Source: an uncultured Actinomycetes bacterium
GTDB lineage: Bacteria; Actinomycetota; UBA4738; HRBIN12
Direction: 5' to 3'
DNA: 64,000 nucleotides
Assembly (NCBI GenBank): GCA_963704725.1
Contig: OY969934.1
Coordinates: forward strand, 1,760,001 to 1,824,000
The translations under genes and the position numbers were made by a program. The stretch's first letter is position 1. Each line of letters opens with the position of its first letter. The notes beneath the pieces are model-generated. The model searched no databases and had not been told where the DNA came from. It saw only the letters and a program-made list of their open reading frames with translations. Shown one piece after another: positions 28,463 to 37,875 of the stretch.

Positions 28463-30133
28463 CTAGAACAGACCGACCGTCCGGCCCGCCTCGTCCACGT
28501 CGACGCCGGTGAAGTTCGGGGTGCGCCCGAGCCCCGGCATCCGCTGCATGTCTCCGCACAGGACGACGAGGAACCCGGCCCCGGCGTTCGGCACGACCTC
28601 CCGGATCGGCAGCCGGAAGCCGCTCGGGCGGCCCTGCGCCGTAGGATCGTGCGACAGCGACAGGTGAGTCTTGGCCATGCAGACCGGCGCGTCGCCCATG
28701 CCGAGCGCCTCGATCCGGGCCAGGTCGCGCTCGGCCTTGGGCAGGTAGTCCACGCCCGCGGCCCCGTAGAGGCGGCGCGCGATCGCCTCGATCTGGCTGC
28801 GGGCGGGCGATCCGGCCGGCGTGAGGTGGGAGAAGGCGCCGGGGCGATCGCACGCGGCGACCACCGCCGTCGCGAGGTCGACCGCTCCCTCGCCGCCCCG
28901 GGCGAACCCGTCGTTGACGACGACCTCCTCGGCGCCGGCCTCCTTGGCCAGCCGTTCGAGAATCCCGATCTCGTCCTCGGTGTCGGTGGGGAAGCGGTTG
29001 ATCGAGACGACGCAGGGGACCCCGTACGTGCGGACGATGCCGATGTGCGCGGCCAGGTTCGGGGCGCCCGCCTCGAGCGCGCCGGGATCGGGACGGGTGA
29101 GCTCGCCGAACGCCGTCCCGCCGTGGGACTTGGTGGCGCGCACCGTCGTGACCAGGACGCCCGCGCTGGGGGCGAACCCGCCGAGGAGGCACACGATGTC
29201 GCAGAACTTCTGGAACCCCAGGTCCGAGCCGAACCCCGCCTCCGTCACGACGTAGTCGGCGAGCTTCAGGGCGATGCGGTCGGCCAGGACCGAGTTGTTG
29301 CCGTGCGCGATGTTGCCGAAGGGGCCCGTGTGGACGAGGACCGGCTGGCCCTCGAGGGTCTGCACGAGGTTGGGCTTGAGCGCGTCCTTCATGATCACGG
29401 TCATCGCCCCCGCCACCCGGAGGTCCTCGGCCGTGACGGGGGCGCCCGAACGCGTCTCGGCGACGACGATCCGGCCAAGACGCTGGCGGAGATCGGTCAG
29501 GCCGGACGCGAGCGCCAGCACGGCCATGAGCTCGGAGGCCGCGGTGATCACGAACTGGCTCTCCCGAGGGACGCCGTGCGCCTTGCCCCCCAGGCCGACC
29601 ACGGTGTATCGGAGCTCGCGATCGTTCACGTCGAGCGCTCGGGGCCAGGTGATCGTCGACGGATCGACGTCCAGCGGGTTGTCGTGCAGGAGCGACGCGT
29701 CGAGCGCTGCCGCGAGCAGGTTGTGGGCGGACGTCACGGCGTGCGAGTCGCCGTTCAGATGCAGGTTGATCTCCTCCATCGGGACGACCTGGGCGTAGCC
29801 TCCGCCGGTCCCGCCCCCCTTGATCCCGAACACCGGGCCCATCGACGGCTCCCGCAGGCAGAGCATCGTCCGCTTCCCGATCCGGCCGAGACCCTGCGTG
29901 AGCGAGATCGACGTCGTGGTCTTGCCCTCCCCGGCCTTGGTGGGCGTGATCGCGGTCGTGATGACCAGCCTGCCGTCGGGCCGGTCCCGCAGCCGCTCCA
30001 GGATCGACGGCGAGACCTTGGCCCGGTCGCGGCCGTAGGTCTCGAGCTCGTCCGCGGCGATCCCCGCCTCGGCGGCCACGTCCGCGATCGGACGGACGAC
30101 CGCTTCCTGCGCGATCTCCAGCCCGCTCTTCAT
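28463..30133 (-). CDS. fhs: Formate--tetrahydrofolate ligase
   Basis: TPTKAGEGKTTT, LREPSMGP.FGIKGG, HTGPFGNIAHG, TEAGFGSDLG, CMAKT, MPGL. Confidence 0.96.
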   Translation of the reverse strand: MKSGLEIAQEAVVRPIADVAAEAGIAADELETYGRDRAKVSPSILERLRDRPDGRLVITTAITPTKAGEGKTTTSISLTQGLGRIGKRTMLCLREPSMGPVFGIKGGGTGGGYAQVVPMEEINLHLNGDSHAVTSAHNLLAAALDASLLHDNPLDVDPSTITWPRALDVNDRELRYTVVGLGGKAHGVPRESQFVITAASELMAVLALASGLTDLRQRLGRIVVAETRSGAPVTAEDLRVAGAMTVIMKDALKPNLVQTLEGQPVLVHTGPFGNIAHGNNSVLADRIALKLADYVVTEAGFGSDLGFQKFCDIVCLLGGFAPSAGVLVTTVRATKSHGGTAFGELTRPDPGALEAGAPNLAAHIGIVRTYGVPCVVSINRFPTDTEDEIGILERLAKEAGAEEVVVNDGFARGGEGAVDLATAVVAACDRPGAFSHLTPAGSPARSQIEAIARRLYGAAGVDYLPKAERDLARIEALGMGDAPVCMAKTHLSLSHDPTAQGRPSGFRLPIREVVPNAGAGFLVVLCGDMQRMPGLGRTPNFTGVDVDEAGRTVGLF

Positions 30134-30143
30134 CGATCCTCCA

Positions 30144-30161
30144 CTTGACCGGCGGTTCAAG
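30144..30161. promoter_or_regulatory. Putative operator palindrome between the fhs -10 and RBS
   Basis: CTTGACCGGCGGTTCAAG; minus-strand TAAGCT -10 upstream and GGAGG downstream. Confidence 0.55.
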
Positions 30162-30270
30162 AACGGGCGAGAGCTTACCCGCCGGTCCCGGGCCCCGATC
30201 CGCCCGGGGCGGCGGCGCGGGCGTCGACCGGCCGGCGGGGCGATGGGAAGATGGTCGGGTGGCTCGGACG

Positions 30271-31104
30271 ATGCCGGTCCGCCGGAACGTGGCGCGCGTT
30301 CGCGCCCTGGCCGTCGACGGCGCCTCGGCGTTCGAACGCCCCGACGTCCTGGCCGCCGAGGAGCCGATGGAGATCCGCGTCCACGGCCCGGGGCAGGAGG
30401 CCATCGCCGTCGCGGTGACGATGCGCACCCCGGGGGGAGACTTCGAGCTCGCGGCCGGGTTCCTGTACACGGAGGCACTCGTGGACGGGACGGCGGACGT
30501 GCGTCGCGTCACCTACTGCGAGGACCTCGCGCCCGAGGAGCAGCACTACAACGTGGTCACCGTCGAGCTCACGCGTCCGTTCGACGCCGAGCGGCTCCGG
30601 CGGCGAAACTTCCTGGCGAGCTCCTCGTGCGGGATCTGCGGGAAGGCCACGCTCGACGACGTCGAGGTCCACTGCGCGCCGCTCGCGCCGGGGCCGGCCG
30701 TCGAGCGGGCGACGATCCTGGCCCTGCCCGACGCCATGCGGGCGACGCAGCGGGTGTTCGAGCAGACGGGCGGGCTCCACGCGGCGGGGTTGTTCTCCTC
30801 GGCCGGAGAGATGCTCACGCTCCGCGAGGACGTGGGGCGGCACAACGCCGTGGACAAGGTCGTGGGCGAGATGCTGCTCTCGGGCTCCCTGCCCCTGTCC
30901 GAGCGCATCCTGCAGGTCTCCGGACGCATCGGGTTCGAGATCGTCCAGAAGGCCGCCCGGGCCGGGATCCCCGTGATCAGCGCCGTCGGGGCGCCGTCCT
31001 CGCTCGCCGTCGAGGCCGCGGAGCGCCTGGGGATGACGCTCGTCGGGTTCGTTCGGGGAGAGCGGTTCAACGTCTACACGCACGCCGAGCGCATCACGAC
31101 CTGA
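30271..31104 (+). CDS. fdhD: Formate dehydrogenase accessory sulfurtransferase
   Basis: EEPMEIR, TMRTPG, SSCGICGK, TGGLHAA, EDVGRHNAVDK. Confidence 0.95.
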   Translation: MPVRRNVARVRALAVDGASAFERPDVLAAEEPMEIRVHGPGQEAIAVAVTMRTPGGDFELAAGFLYTEALVDGTADVRRVTYCEDLAPEEQHYNVVTVELTRPFDAERLRRRNFLASSSCGICGKATLDDVEVHCAPLAPGPAVERATILALPDAMRATQRVFEQTGGLHAAGLFSSAGEMLTLREDVGRHNAVDKVVGEMLLSGSLPLSERILQVSGRIGFEIVQKAARAGIPVISAVGAPSSLAVEAAERLGMTLVGFVRGERFNVYTHAERITT

Positions 31105-31182
31105 GCCGAGGTCCCGGTCGCCCTTGAAGGTCGGCTTAGAATCGGCCGCGAGACGACATCCGGTGGAAAGGAGCGCGCCTCG

Positions 31183-33138
31183 ATGAGGAACGGGCTCGTG
31201 CGGCTCACCGAGCCGATGGTCCGCTCGAACGGCGGGTTCCGCCCGGCGACCTGGGACGAGGCCCTGGACCGGGCCGCGGATGGGTTGCGGGCGGCGATCG
31301 AGCGGAACCCCGGTTGGGGAGCCGGCCTGTTCAGCTGCTCGAAGGCCACGAACGAGATGAACTTCGTCGCCCAGAAGTTCGCTCGCCAGGTCCTCGGCAG
31401 CAACAACATCGACAGCTGCAACCGCACCTGACACGCTCCGTCGGTCGTCGGTCTGGCGGCCGTGTTGGGAGCCGGTGGCGGGACCAGCTCCTACGAGGAG
31501 ATCGAGCACACCGATCTCATCGTGCTGTGGGGATCGAATGCGCGAGAGACGCATCCGATCTTCTTCCACCACGTCCTGAAGGGCATCCGCAACGGGGCAC
31601 GGCTCATCGTGGTCGATCCGCGGCGGACGTCCTCTGCCGAATGGGCGGACCTGTGGCTCGGGATCGACGTCGGCGCGGACATCGCGCTCTCCAACACCGC
31701 TGCGCAGGAGATCCTCGCGAGCGGCCTGGAGAACGACGCGTTCATCGCGCGCGGCACCGAGGGGTTCGCGGCCTATCGGGATTCGGTGGCGGTGTGGAGC
31801 CTGGAGCGCGGCGAGCGCGTCACGGGCGTGCCGGCGGACGCGATCCGGGAGCTCGCGCATGCGCTCGCCACGGCCGACCGCGCGGTGATCTGCTGGACGC
31901 TCGGCATCACGGAGCACCACAACGCCGTCGACAACGTGCTCGGGCTGATCAACCTCGCCCTCCTCACCGGCCACGTGGGCCGGTACGGCAGCGGACTGAA
32001 CCCCCTGCGTGGGCAGAACAACGTGCAGGGCGGCGGCGACATGGGCGCGATCCCCAACAAGCTGCCCGGCTTCCAGGACGTCGAGACGGACGTGGGCGCG
32101 CGCCAGCGGTTCGAGAGCCTGTGGGAGACGCCGATCCCGCCGAAACGCGGCTGGCACCTGTCGGGGATGTTCGACGCGATGGAACGGGGCGAGCTCACCG
32201 CCGTCTACTGCATCGGGGAGAACCCCGCGAGCTCGGAGGCCGACGCGCACCGCACGCGGAGGCTGCTCGAGAACCTCGACACGCTGATCGTGCAGGACAT
32301 CTTCCTGACGAAGACGGGCGAGCTGGCCGACGTCGTGCTCCCCGCGGCCAACTCGGCGCTCGAATCCGAGGGAACCGTCACGAACAGCGAGCGCCGTGTG
32401 CAGCGCGTGCGCAAGGCGCTCGATCCGCCCGGCGACGCGAAGGACGACATCTGGATCATCGCGCAGCTCGCCAAGCGGTTCGGCCACGACTGGGGCGACC
32501 TCACGCCGGCCGAGGCATGGGAGGAGCTCCGGCTGCTGTCGCCGATGCACGCCGGGATGTCGTGGACCCGCCTGGAAGAGATGGGCGGGATCCAGTGGCC
32601 GTGCCCGTCCGAGGATCATCCCGGGACGCCGTTCCTGCATGCGCGTCTGTGGGAGGAGGATCCGCACCGCCGGGGCGACCCTGCGCCGTTCAGCGTCGTG
32701 GACTTCGAGCCCCCCGTGGACGAGCTCACCGAGGAGTTCCCCCTCCGCCTCACCACGGGCCGGCGGCTGGACTCGTACAACACCGGCGTGCAGTCGGGCG
32801 GCTACGCGTCGCCGATGCGCCGCCGCGAGAGCATCGACCTGTCGCCGGAGGACGCGGAGCGGCTCGGGGTCGCCGCGGAGGAGATGGTCCGCGTGACGTC
32901 GCGGCGCGGCTCGGTGCAGGCCCCCGTGCGGATCGATCCGGGTCTGCGCGCGGGGCTGGCCTTCATGAGCTTGCACTTCCCCGAGCAGGTCGAGACGAAC
33001 GTGCTCACGATCGACGCGACGGATCCCAAGTCCGGCACCGCCGAGTTCAAGGCGAGCGCCATCCGAGTGGACCGGCTCGATGAGGTGGCCCGGGTGGGCG
33101 GGGACGTCGGGCCGGCGGCGACGCCGAGGCCGGGGTGA
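31183..33138 (+). CDS. Selenocysteine-containing molybdopterin formate dehydrogenase catalytic subunit (TGA 31429-31431 = Sec)
   Basis: ORFs 31183-31431 and 31462-33138 are in the same frame; readthrough gives NIDSCNRT-U-HAPSVVGL; also PLRGQNNVQG and C-terminal TAEFKA. Confidence 0.9.
31432..31461 (+). promoter_or_regulatory. Bacterial SECIS element
   Basis: Stem GGTCGTC (31443-49) / GGCGGCC (31455-61) with GGTCT loop, starting 11 nt after the TGA; layout like the fdhF SECIS. Confidence 0.8.
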
Positions 33139-33144
33139 CGTGAC

Positions 33145-35013
33145 GTGGACCTCCATCTGATGTCGGCGACGCCCACCGAGGAGGAGCGCGAGGCCGTCGA
33201 CGAGGTGCTCGGCCCGCCGGAGTCGGGATGGACCGGCGGCGAGCGCAACCCGCTCGACGGTCACGTCGCTCGGGGCGGGCGTGCCGACCGCGAGCGGCGC
33301 CACCTCCTCCTGCCGGCGCTGCACGCGCTCCAGCGGCGGGCGGGCTGGATCAGCCACGGCGGTCTGAGCTACGTGGCGCGGCGCCTGAGCGTCCCGCCGG
33401 CTGAGGCGTACGGCGTGGCGAGCTTCTACGCGATGTTCTCCACCGAGCCCCGCGCGAAGACGGTCGTGCACGTCTGCGACGACATCGCCTGCCGCGTGGC
33501 CGGGGCGGAGCGGCTGATCGAGGAGGTCGTGGCCGAGGTCGGGACGGAGCGTCAGGACCGTGTGCTCCGGAGCCCCTGTCTCGGTTTGTGCGAGCGGGCG
33601 CCGGCGGCGCTCCTGCAGACGGCCGGCCCGCGTGCGGAGGACGTAGCCGTCGCGCCGGCCGTGGCGGAGGCGCTGAGCGGCATGCTGTTCGAGCACTTCG
33701 ACGCGCCGGCCGAGCCCGCCGGCATCGGCGAGCCCTCCGCGCCCCAGACCGTGCTCGGCCGGGCCCGGGAGGGTCTGAGGCTCCTGCGCCGCGTGGGCGT
33801 GGTCGACCCGGGATCGCTCGACGACTACCGGGCGAGCGGCGGGTACGAGCCCCTGCGACGGGCCGTCGAGATCGGGCCCGGGAACGTGATCCGCGAGCTC
33901 AAGGACTCGAAGCTGCTCGGCCGGGGCGGGGCCGCGTTCCCGGCCGGGGTCAAGTGGGAAGCCGTCGCCGCGCAGGCCGATCGCCCCCACTACTTCGTCG
34001 CCAACGCGGACGAGTCCGAGCCGGGCACGTTCAAGGACCGGGTCCTGATGGAGCGCGATCCGTTCGCCGTGATCGAGGCGCTCACGATCGCCGGCTTCGC
34101 CACCGGCTCGGAGCGCGGGTACCTGTACGTGCGCGGCGAGTACCCTCGCGCCACGGCGGCGTTGGAGCGGGCCATCGGACTGGCCCGTGCCCGCGGGCTC
34201 CTCGGCGACGACGTGATGGGCGGGGGGTTCCGGTTCGACGTCGAGCTCCGCCGCGGCGCCGGTGCGTACATCTGCGGCGAGGAGACCGCGCTCTTCAACT
34301 CGATCGAGGGCAGGCGCGGCGAGCCCCGGAACAAGCCGCCGTTCCCGGTGGAGCGTGGGCTGTTCGGCAAGCCGACCGGCATCAACAACGTCGAGACGCT
34401 CGTGAACGTCCTCGAGGTGCTCTCGCTCGGCGGGCTCGAGTACGCGAAGCTCGGCACCGCCGACTCGACGGGGACGCGCCTGTTCTGCCTGTCGGGGTGC
34501 GTCGAGCATCCGGGGGTGTACGAGGTCGAGCACGGCGTGACCCTGCGCGAGCTGATCCGGCTCGCCGGCGGCGTTCGGGGAGGCCGCGAGCTGAAGGCCA
34601 TCCTGCTGGGCGGCGCCGCCGGGTCGTTCGTCGGACCGGAGGACCTGGATCTGGAGCTGTCGTTCGAGGGCGTGCGGGCCGCGGGGACGACGCTCGGCTC
34701 GGGCGCGGTGATGGTCTTCGACGACTCGGTCAGCCTTCCGCACGTCGTGCTTCGCATCGCCGCGTTCTTCCGTGACGAGTCCTGCGGGCAGTGCGTGCCC
34801 TGCCGGGTGGGGACGGTGCGGCAGGAGGAGGCGCTGCACCGGCTCGTGGCGGAGCGGCCGGTCGGCACGCGCGAGGACGAGCTCGCGCTGCTCGGCGAGA
34901 TCGGTCGGGTGATGCGGGACGCCTCGATCTGCGGCCTGGGCCAGCTCGCGGCGAGCGCCGTCGACTCGGCCGTGTCGCGCCTGCGACTGTTCGACACGGA
35001 GGAGGTCTCGTGA
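33145..35013 (+). CDS. NuoE-NuoF-like fused diaphorase subunit of NAD-dependent formate dehydrogenase
   Basis: VCDDIAC...CLGLC (2Fe-2S), GRGGAAFP, NADESEPGTFKDR, GAYICGEETAL, SCGQCVPCR...CGLG. Confidence 0.9.
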   Translation: MDLHLMSATPTEEEREAVDEVLGPPESGWTGGERNPLDGHVARGGRADRERRHLLLPALHALQRRAGWISHGGLSYVARRLSVPPAEAYGVASFYAMFSTEPRAKTVVHVCDDIACRVAGAERLIEEVVAEVGTERQDRVLRSPCLGLCERAPAALLQTAGPRAEDVAVAPAVAEALSGMLFEHFDAPAEPAGIGEPSAPQTVLGRAREGLRLLRRVGVVDPGSLDDYRASGGYEPLRRAVEIGPGNVIRELKDSKLLGRGGAAFPAGVKWEAVAAQADRPHYFVANADESEPGTFKDRVLMERDPFAVIEALTIAGFATGSERGYLYVRGEYPRATAALERAIGLARARGLLGDDVMGGGFRFDVELRRGAGAYICGEETALFNSIEGRRGEPRNKPPFPVERGLFGKPTGINNVETLVNVLEVLSLGGLEYAKLGTADSTGTRLFCLSGCVEHPGVYEVEHGVTLRELIRLAGGVRGGRELKAILLGGAAGSFVGPEDLDLELSFEGVRAAGTTLGSGAVMVFDDSVSLPHVVLRIAAFFRDESCGQCVPCRVGTVRQEEALHRLVAERPVGTREDELALLGEIGRVMRDASICGLGQLAASAVDSAVSRLRLFDTEEVS

Positions 35014-36017
35014 CCGTCGTGCCGCTGGCCCCGCCGCGCCGGCTCCTCGACCTCGAGGTGGACGGCGAGACCGTCCGGGTGGCCGAAGGGTCGACCCTGC
35101 TCGACGCCCTGCGCTCCAAGGGCGTCGACACGCCGACGCTCTGCTACGCGGAGAACCTGACGCCGGTGAACGCCTGCCGCGCCTGCGTGGTCGAGGTCGA
35201 GGGATCGCGCGTGCTCGTCCCATCGTGCGCCCGTCGGGCCGAGGAGGGCATGACGGTCCGTACGGACACGGACCGGGTCCGCCATGCGCGCCGGATGGTC
35301 CTGGAGTTCCTGGGGTCCTCCGTCGACCTCGGGCTGGCGAGCGCGGCGCTGAGGCGATGGATGGAGGCCTACGGCGCGGACCCCGGCCGCTACGGCGAGC
35401 AGGCTCCGCCCGCCGAGGCGGGGGACCACGACGCGCGGCGGCCCGGCCATCACCGTCATCCCGATCCGGCGGTCGCCGAGACCGTGCACCAGCCCGTGAA
35501 GGTGGACAACGACCTCTACGTGCGCGACTACTCGCGGTGCATCCTCTGCTACAAGTGTGTCGAGGCGTGCGGCGAGGACGCGCAGAACACGTTCGCCATC
35601 GCCGTGGCCGGTCGCGGGTTCGACGCTCGCATCTCGACCGAGTTCGCCGTCGGCCTGCCGGACTCCGCCTGCGTCTACTGCGGCAACTGCATCGGCGTGT
35701 GTCCCACCGGCGCCCTGATGTTCCGGAGCGAACACGAGATGCGCGAGGCCGGGACGTGGGACGAGGCCGCCCAGACCGTGACCGAGACGATCTGCCCGTA
35801 CTGCGGCGTGGGATGCGACCTCGAGGTCCACGTTCAGGACAACGCGATCGTGAAGGTGATGTCGCCCACCGATCACTCGGTGACGGGCGGTCACCTGTGC
35901 ATCAAGGGCCGGTTCGGATTCGAGTTCGTCCAGAGCCGCGCGTCCGTCCCTGCGCAGCCTCCCGAGTCCGACTCGGGCATGGCGCTCCCACCGCCGCCGG
36001 AGCTCACGGCTGGCTGA
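35010..36017 (+). CDS. Fe-S subunit (NuoG N-terminus-like: 2Fe-2S, 2x4Fe-4S, molybdopterin Fe4S4 domain)
   Basis: PTLC...CRACVVE...C, CILCYKCVEAC, CVYCGNCIGVCP, CPYCGVGC...LCIKGRFG. Confidence 0.9.
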   Translation: MTVVPLAPPRRLLDLEVDGETVRVAEGSTLLDALRSKGVDTPTLCYAENLTPVNACRACVVEVEGSRVLVPSCARRAEEGMTVRTDTDRVRHARRMVLEFLGSSVDLGLASAALRRWMEAYGADPGRYGEQAPPAEAGDHDARRPGHHRHPDPAVAETVHQPVKVDNDLYVRDYSRCILCYKCVEACGEDAQNTFAIAVAGRGFDARISTEFAVGLPDSACVYCGNCIGVCPTGALMFRSEHEMREAGTWDEAAQTVTETICPYCGVGCDLEVHVQDNAIVKVMSPTDHSVTGGHLCIKGRFGFEFVQSRASVPAQPPESDSGMALPPPPELTAG

Positions 36018-36600
36018 GGTCACCGGCGTCGTCCTCGCGGGCGGGCGCTCCACACGGTTCGGCCGCGACAAGCTCGCCGAGCCCTACCGCGGGTCGCCAC
36101 TGCTGCATCGCGCGATCGTGCGCGTCGGTGAGGTGTGCCGCGACGTCGTGGTGGTCTTCGCGCCGGATGGGGGCGTGCCGCCGCTCCCCGTGGGCGTCCC
36201 GGTGCGCGTCGCGCGCGACGACGCGGCGGACCGGGGGCCGCTCGCCGGCGTCGTTGCCGGCCTGCGAGCGGCGGCGTCCGAGCTCGCGCTCGTGGTGGCC
36301 GGCGACATGCCGGATCTGCAGACGGCGGTGCTCGCGGAGCTGGTGCGTCGAGCCGCCGAGGGATCGTCAGGCGCGATCGCGCTGCGCGAGGGCGACCGCG
36401 TCCGGCCCCTTCCCTGCGTGGTACGGGTGGGCGCGGCCGCCGCCGCTGCCGCGGAGCTGCTCGACGCCGGAACGCGCCGGCTCCGAGACCTCCTCGACGC
36501 CCTCGGCGTGATGGCGATCGACGAGGAGACGTGGCGCGCGCTCGACCCGGACGGGCGGACGCTCCTGGACGTCGACGAGCCGAGGGATCTCGACGCGTGA
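36010..36600 (+). CDS. mobA: Molybdenum cofactor guanylyltransferase (probable CTG start)
   Basis: In-frame GVVLAGGRSTRFGRDK lies upstream of the first canonical start; also GPLAG, AGDMP, DVD..RDL. Confidence 0.8.
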   Translation: MAEVTGVVLAGGRSTRFGRDKLAEPYRGSPLLHRAIVRVGEVCRDVVVVFAPDGGVPPLPVGVPVRVARDDAADRGPLAGVVAGLRAAASELALVVAGDMPDLQTAVLAELVRRAAEGSSGAIALREGDRVRPLPCVVRVGAAAAAAAELLDAGTRRLRDLLDALGVMAIDEETWRALDPDGRTLLDVDEPRDLDA

Positions 36601-36740
36601 CCGGGCGTCTCGGAACCTTGTCGCGAGGTTCGTCGCGTCTTGGTCCGGCCTTGGAACGTGCGTCGCTACCTTCGTTCGTGTTGGTGCACGGATCGATCCA
36701 TCGGCTTTCGTGCCGCGAAGTCGGGGACGAGGTGGATGTG

Positions 36741-36896
36741 ATGAGGCGAGAGCGGATCATCCGAAAGGCCCCGCGACCGAGGAAAGCGGTCGAGATCCTG
36801 CCGCTCGACCCTCGCGATCCCGACATCGTGCGCGCCAAGGCGCTGCAGGACCGCGTCGTGCGGCGCTCCCCGCGGATCGCGCCCCACGCGGCCTGA
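36741..36896 (+). CDS. 51-aa basic hypothetical protein
   Basis: GAGGTGG RBS; MRRERIIRKAPRPRKAVEILPLDPRDPDIVRAKALQ... Confidence 0.55.
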   Translation: MRRERIIRKAPRPRKAVEILPLDPRDPDIVRAKALQDRVVRRSPRIAPHAA

Positions 36897-36950
36897 CGGC
36901 GAGCCTCGGCTCGGGCGTGGTGGAACCACGGCGGACGGTAGGGTGTCCGC

Positions 36951-37769
36951 ATGACGCACGAGGGCTTCCGCGTCGGCGACGTCGACGTCGCGATCGTCTG
37001 CGAGGGGTTCGCACCGCTCGAGCTGGCCGACGAGATGCCCGGCGTGGACGTCGACTGGGATGCCGAGCGCGCCGCGTTCCCCTGGGCCTTCGCGGGAGCG
37101 GACGCCTGGGCGTGGCACGTGCACGCGTTCGTCCTGCGGACCGGGATCGGGATCGTGATGGTCGACACCGGTCTGGGGTCCTTCCCGCCGATCCAGCCGT
37201 GGGCGGAGTCGACCGAACCCGAACGCGCCTTCGCGGCGGCCGGCGCACGGGCGGACGAGGTTCGCGCCGTGGTCCACACGCACCTGCACGCCGATCACGC
37301 CGGCGGCGCGGTGGTCGACGGGAGGCCCAGGTTCCCCAACGCGGTGCACCACGTCCATCCGGCGGACTGGTCGTTCTTCGGTCGGGGCGATCGGATCGGC
37401 GGCTACACGGCCCGGGGCGGCATGGCGGTGCTCGAGGAGCTCGGCATGCTCGACCTGCGGGAGGGGGACCACGCCGTCGGCGGCGGCGTCCGGGTGGTGC
37501 ACGCGCCGGGCCACACGCCGGGGCACCGCGTCGCGATCCTCGAGTCCGGGGGCGAGACGCTGGCGCTCACCGGCGACCTGCTCCACGTTCCGCCCCAGGT
37601 GACCAACCCGGCGTCGCCCTCGAACCACGACGTGGACGCGGCCGAGGGCTGCCGGTCCCGGTCGGAGATCCTCGCGCAGGCTCGTGACGGCGGCTGGGGC
37701 GTGGTCGTCTCGCACTTCGGCCGCCCGTTGGGGCGGGTGGAGGCGGACGGATGGCACGCCGGCCCCTGA
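36951..37769 (+). CDS. MBL-fold metallo-hydrolase
   Basis: VDTG, THLHADHAGG, APGHTPGH, TGDLLH, SHF. Confidence 0.88.
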   Translation: MTHEGFRVGDVDVAIVCEGFAPLELADEMPGVDVDWDAERAAFPWAFAGADAWAWHVHAFVLRTGIGIVMVDTGLGSFPPIQPWAESTEPERAFAAAGARADEVRAVVHTHLHADHAGGAVVDGRPRFPNAVHHVHPADWSFFGRGDRIGGYTARGGMAVLEELGMLDLREGDHAVGGGVRVVHAPGHTPGHRVAILESGGETLALTGDLLHVPPQVTNPASPSNHDVDAAEGCRSRSEILAQARDGGWGVVVSHFGRPLGRVEADGWHAGP

Positions 37770-37875
37770 CCGAAGGGCCGATGCGGCCGGACGGCGTTCC
37801 GGGGTAGATTCCGGCTCGAAGAGCGGGGCCGCCCGGCCTTCCCGCGCATCAAACCCTCCGCGAAAGGACCCCGCC

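Noticed and set aside
30134-30270. ZTP or THF riboswitch upstream of fhs
   Set aside because: No recognisable aptamer core; the leader implied by the TAAGCT -10 is only about 35 nt
31183-31461. FDH as a nonsense pseudogene or two separate genes
   Set aside because: The TGA falls at the catalytic Sec position, the frame is preserved and a SECIS hairpin follows
30175-35223. 1682-aa minus-strand ORF
   Set aside because: Antisense shadow of the fdh operon caused by high GC3; no motifs and Arg/Ala/Gly-rich
33145-36017. Complex I (nuo) operon
   Set aside because: No membrane nuo subunits; flanked by fdhD, the FDH catalytic gene and mobA
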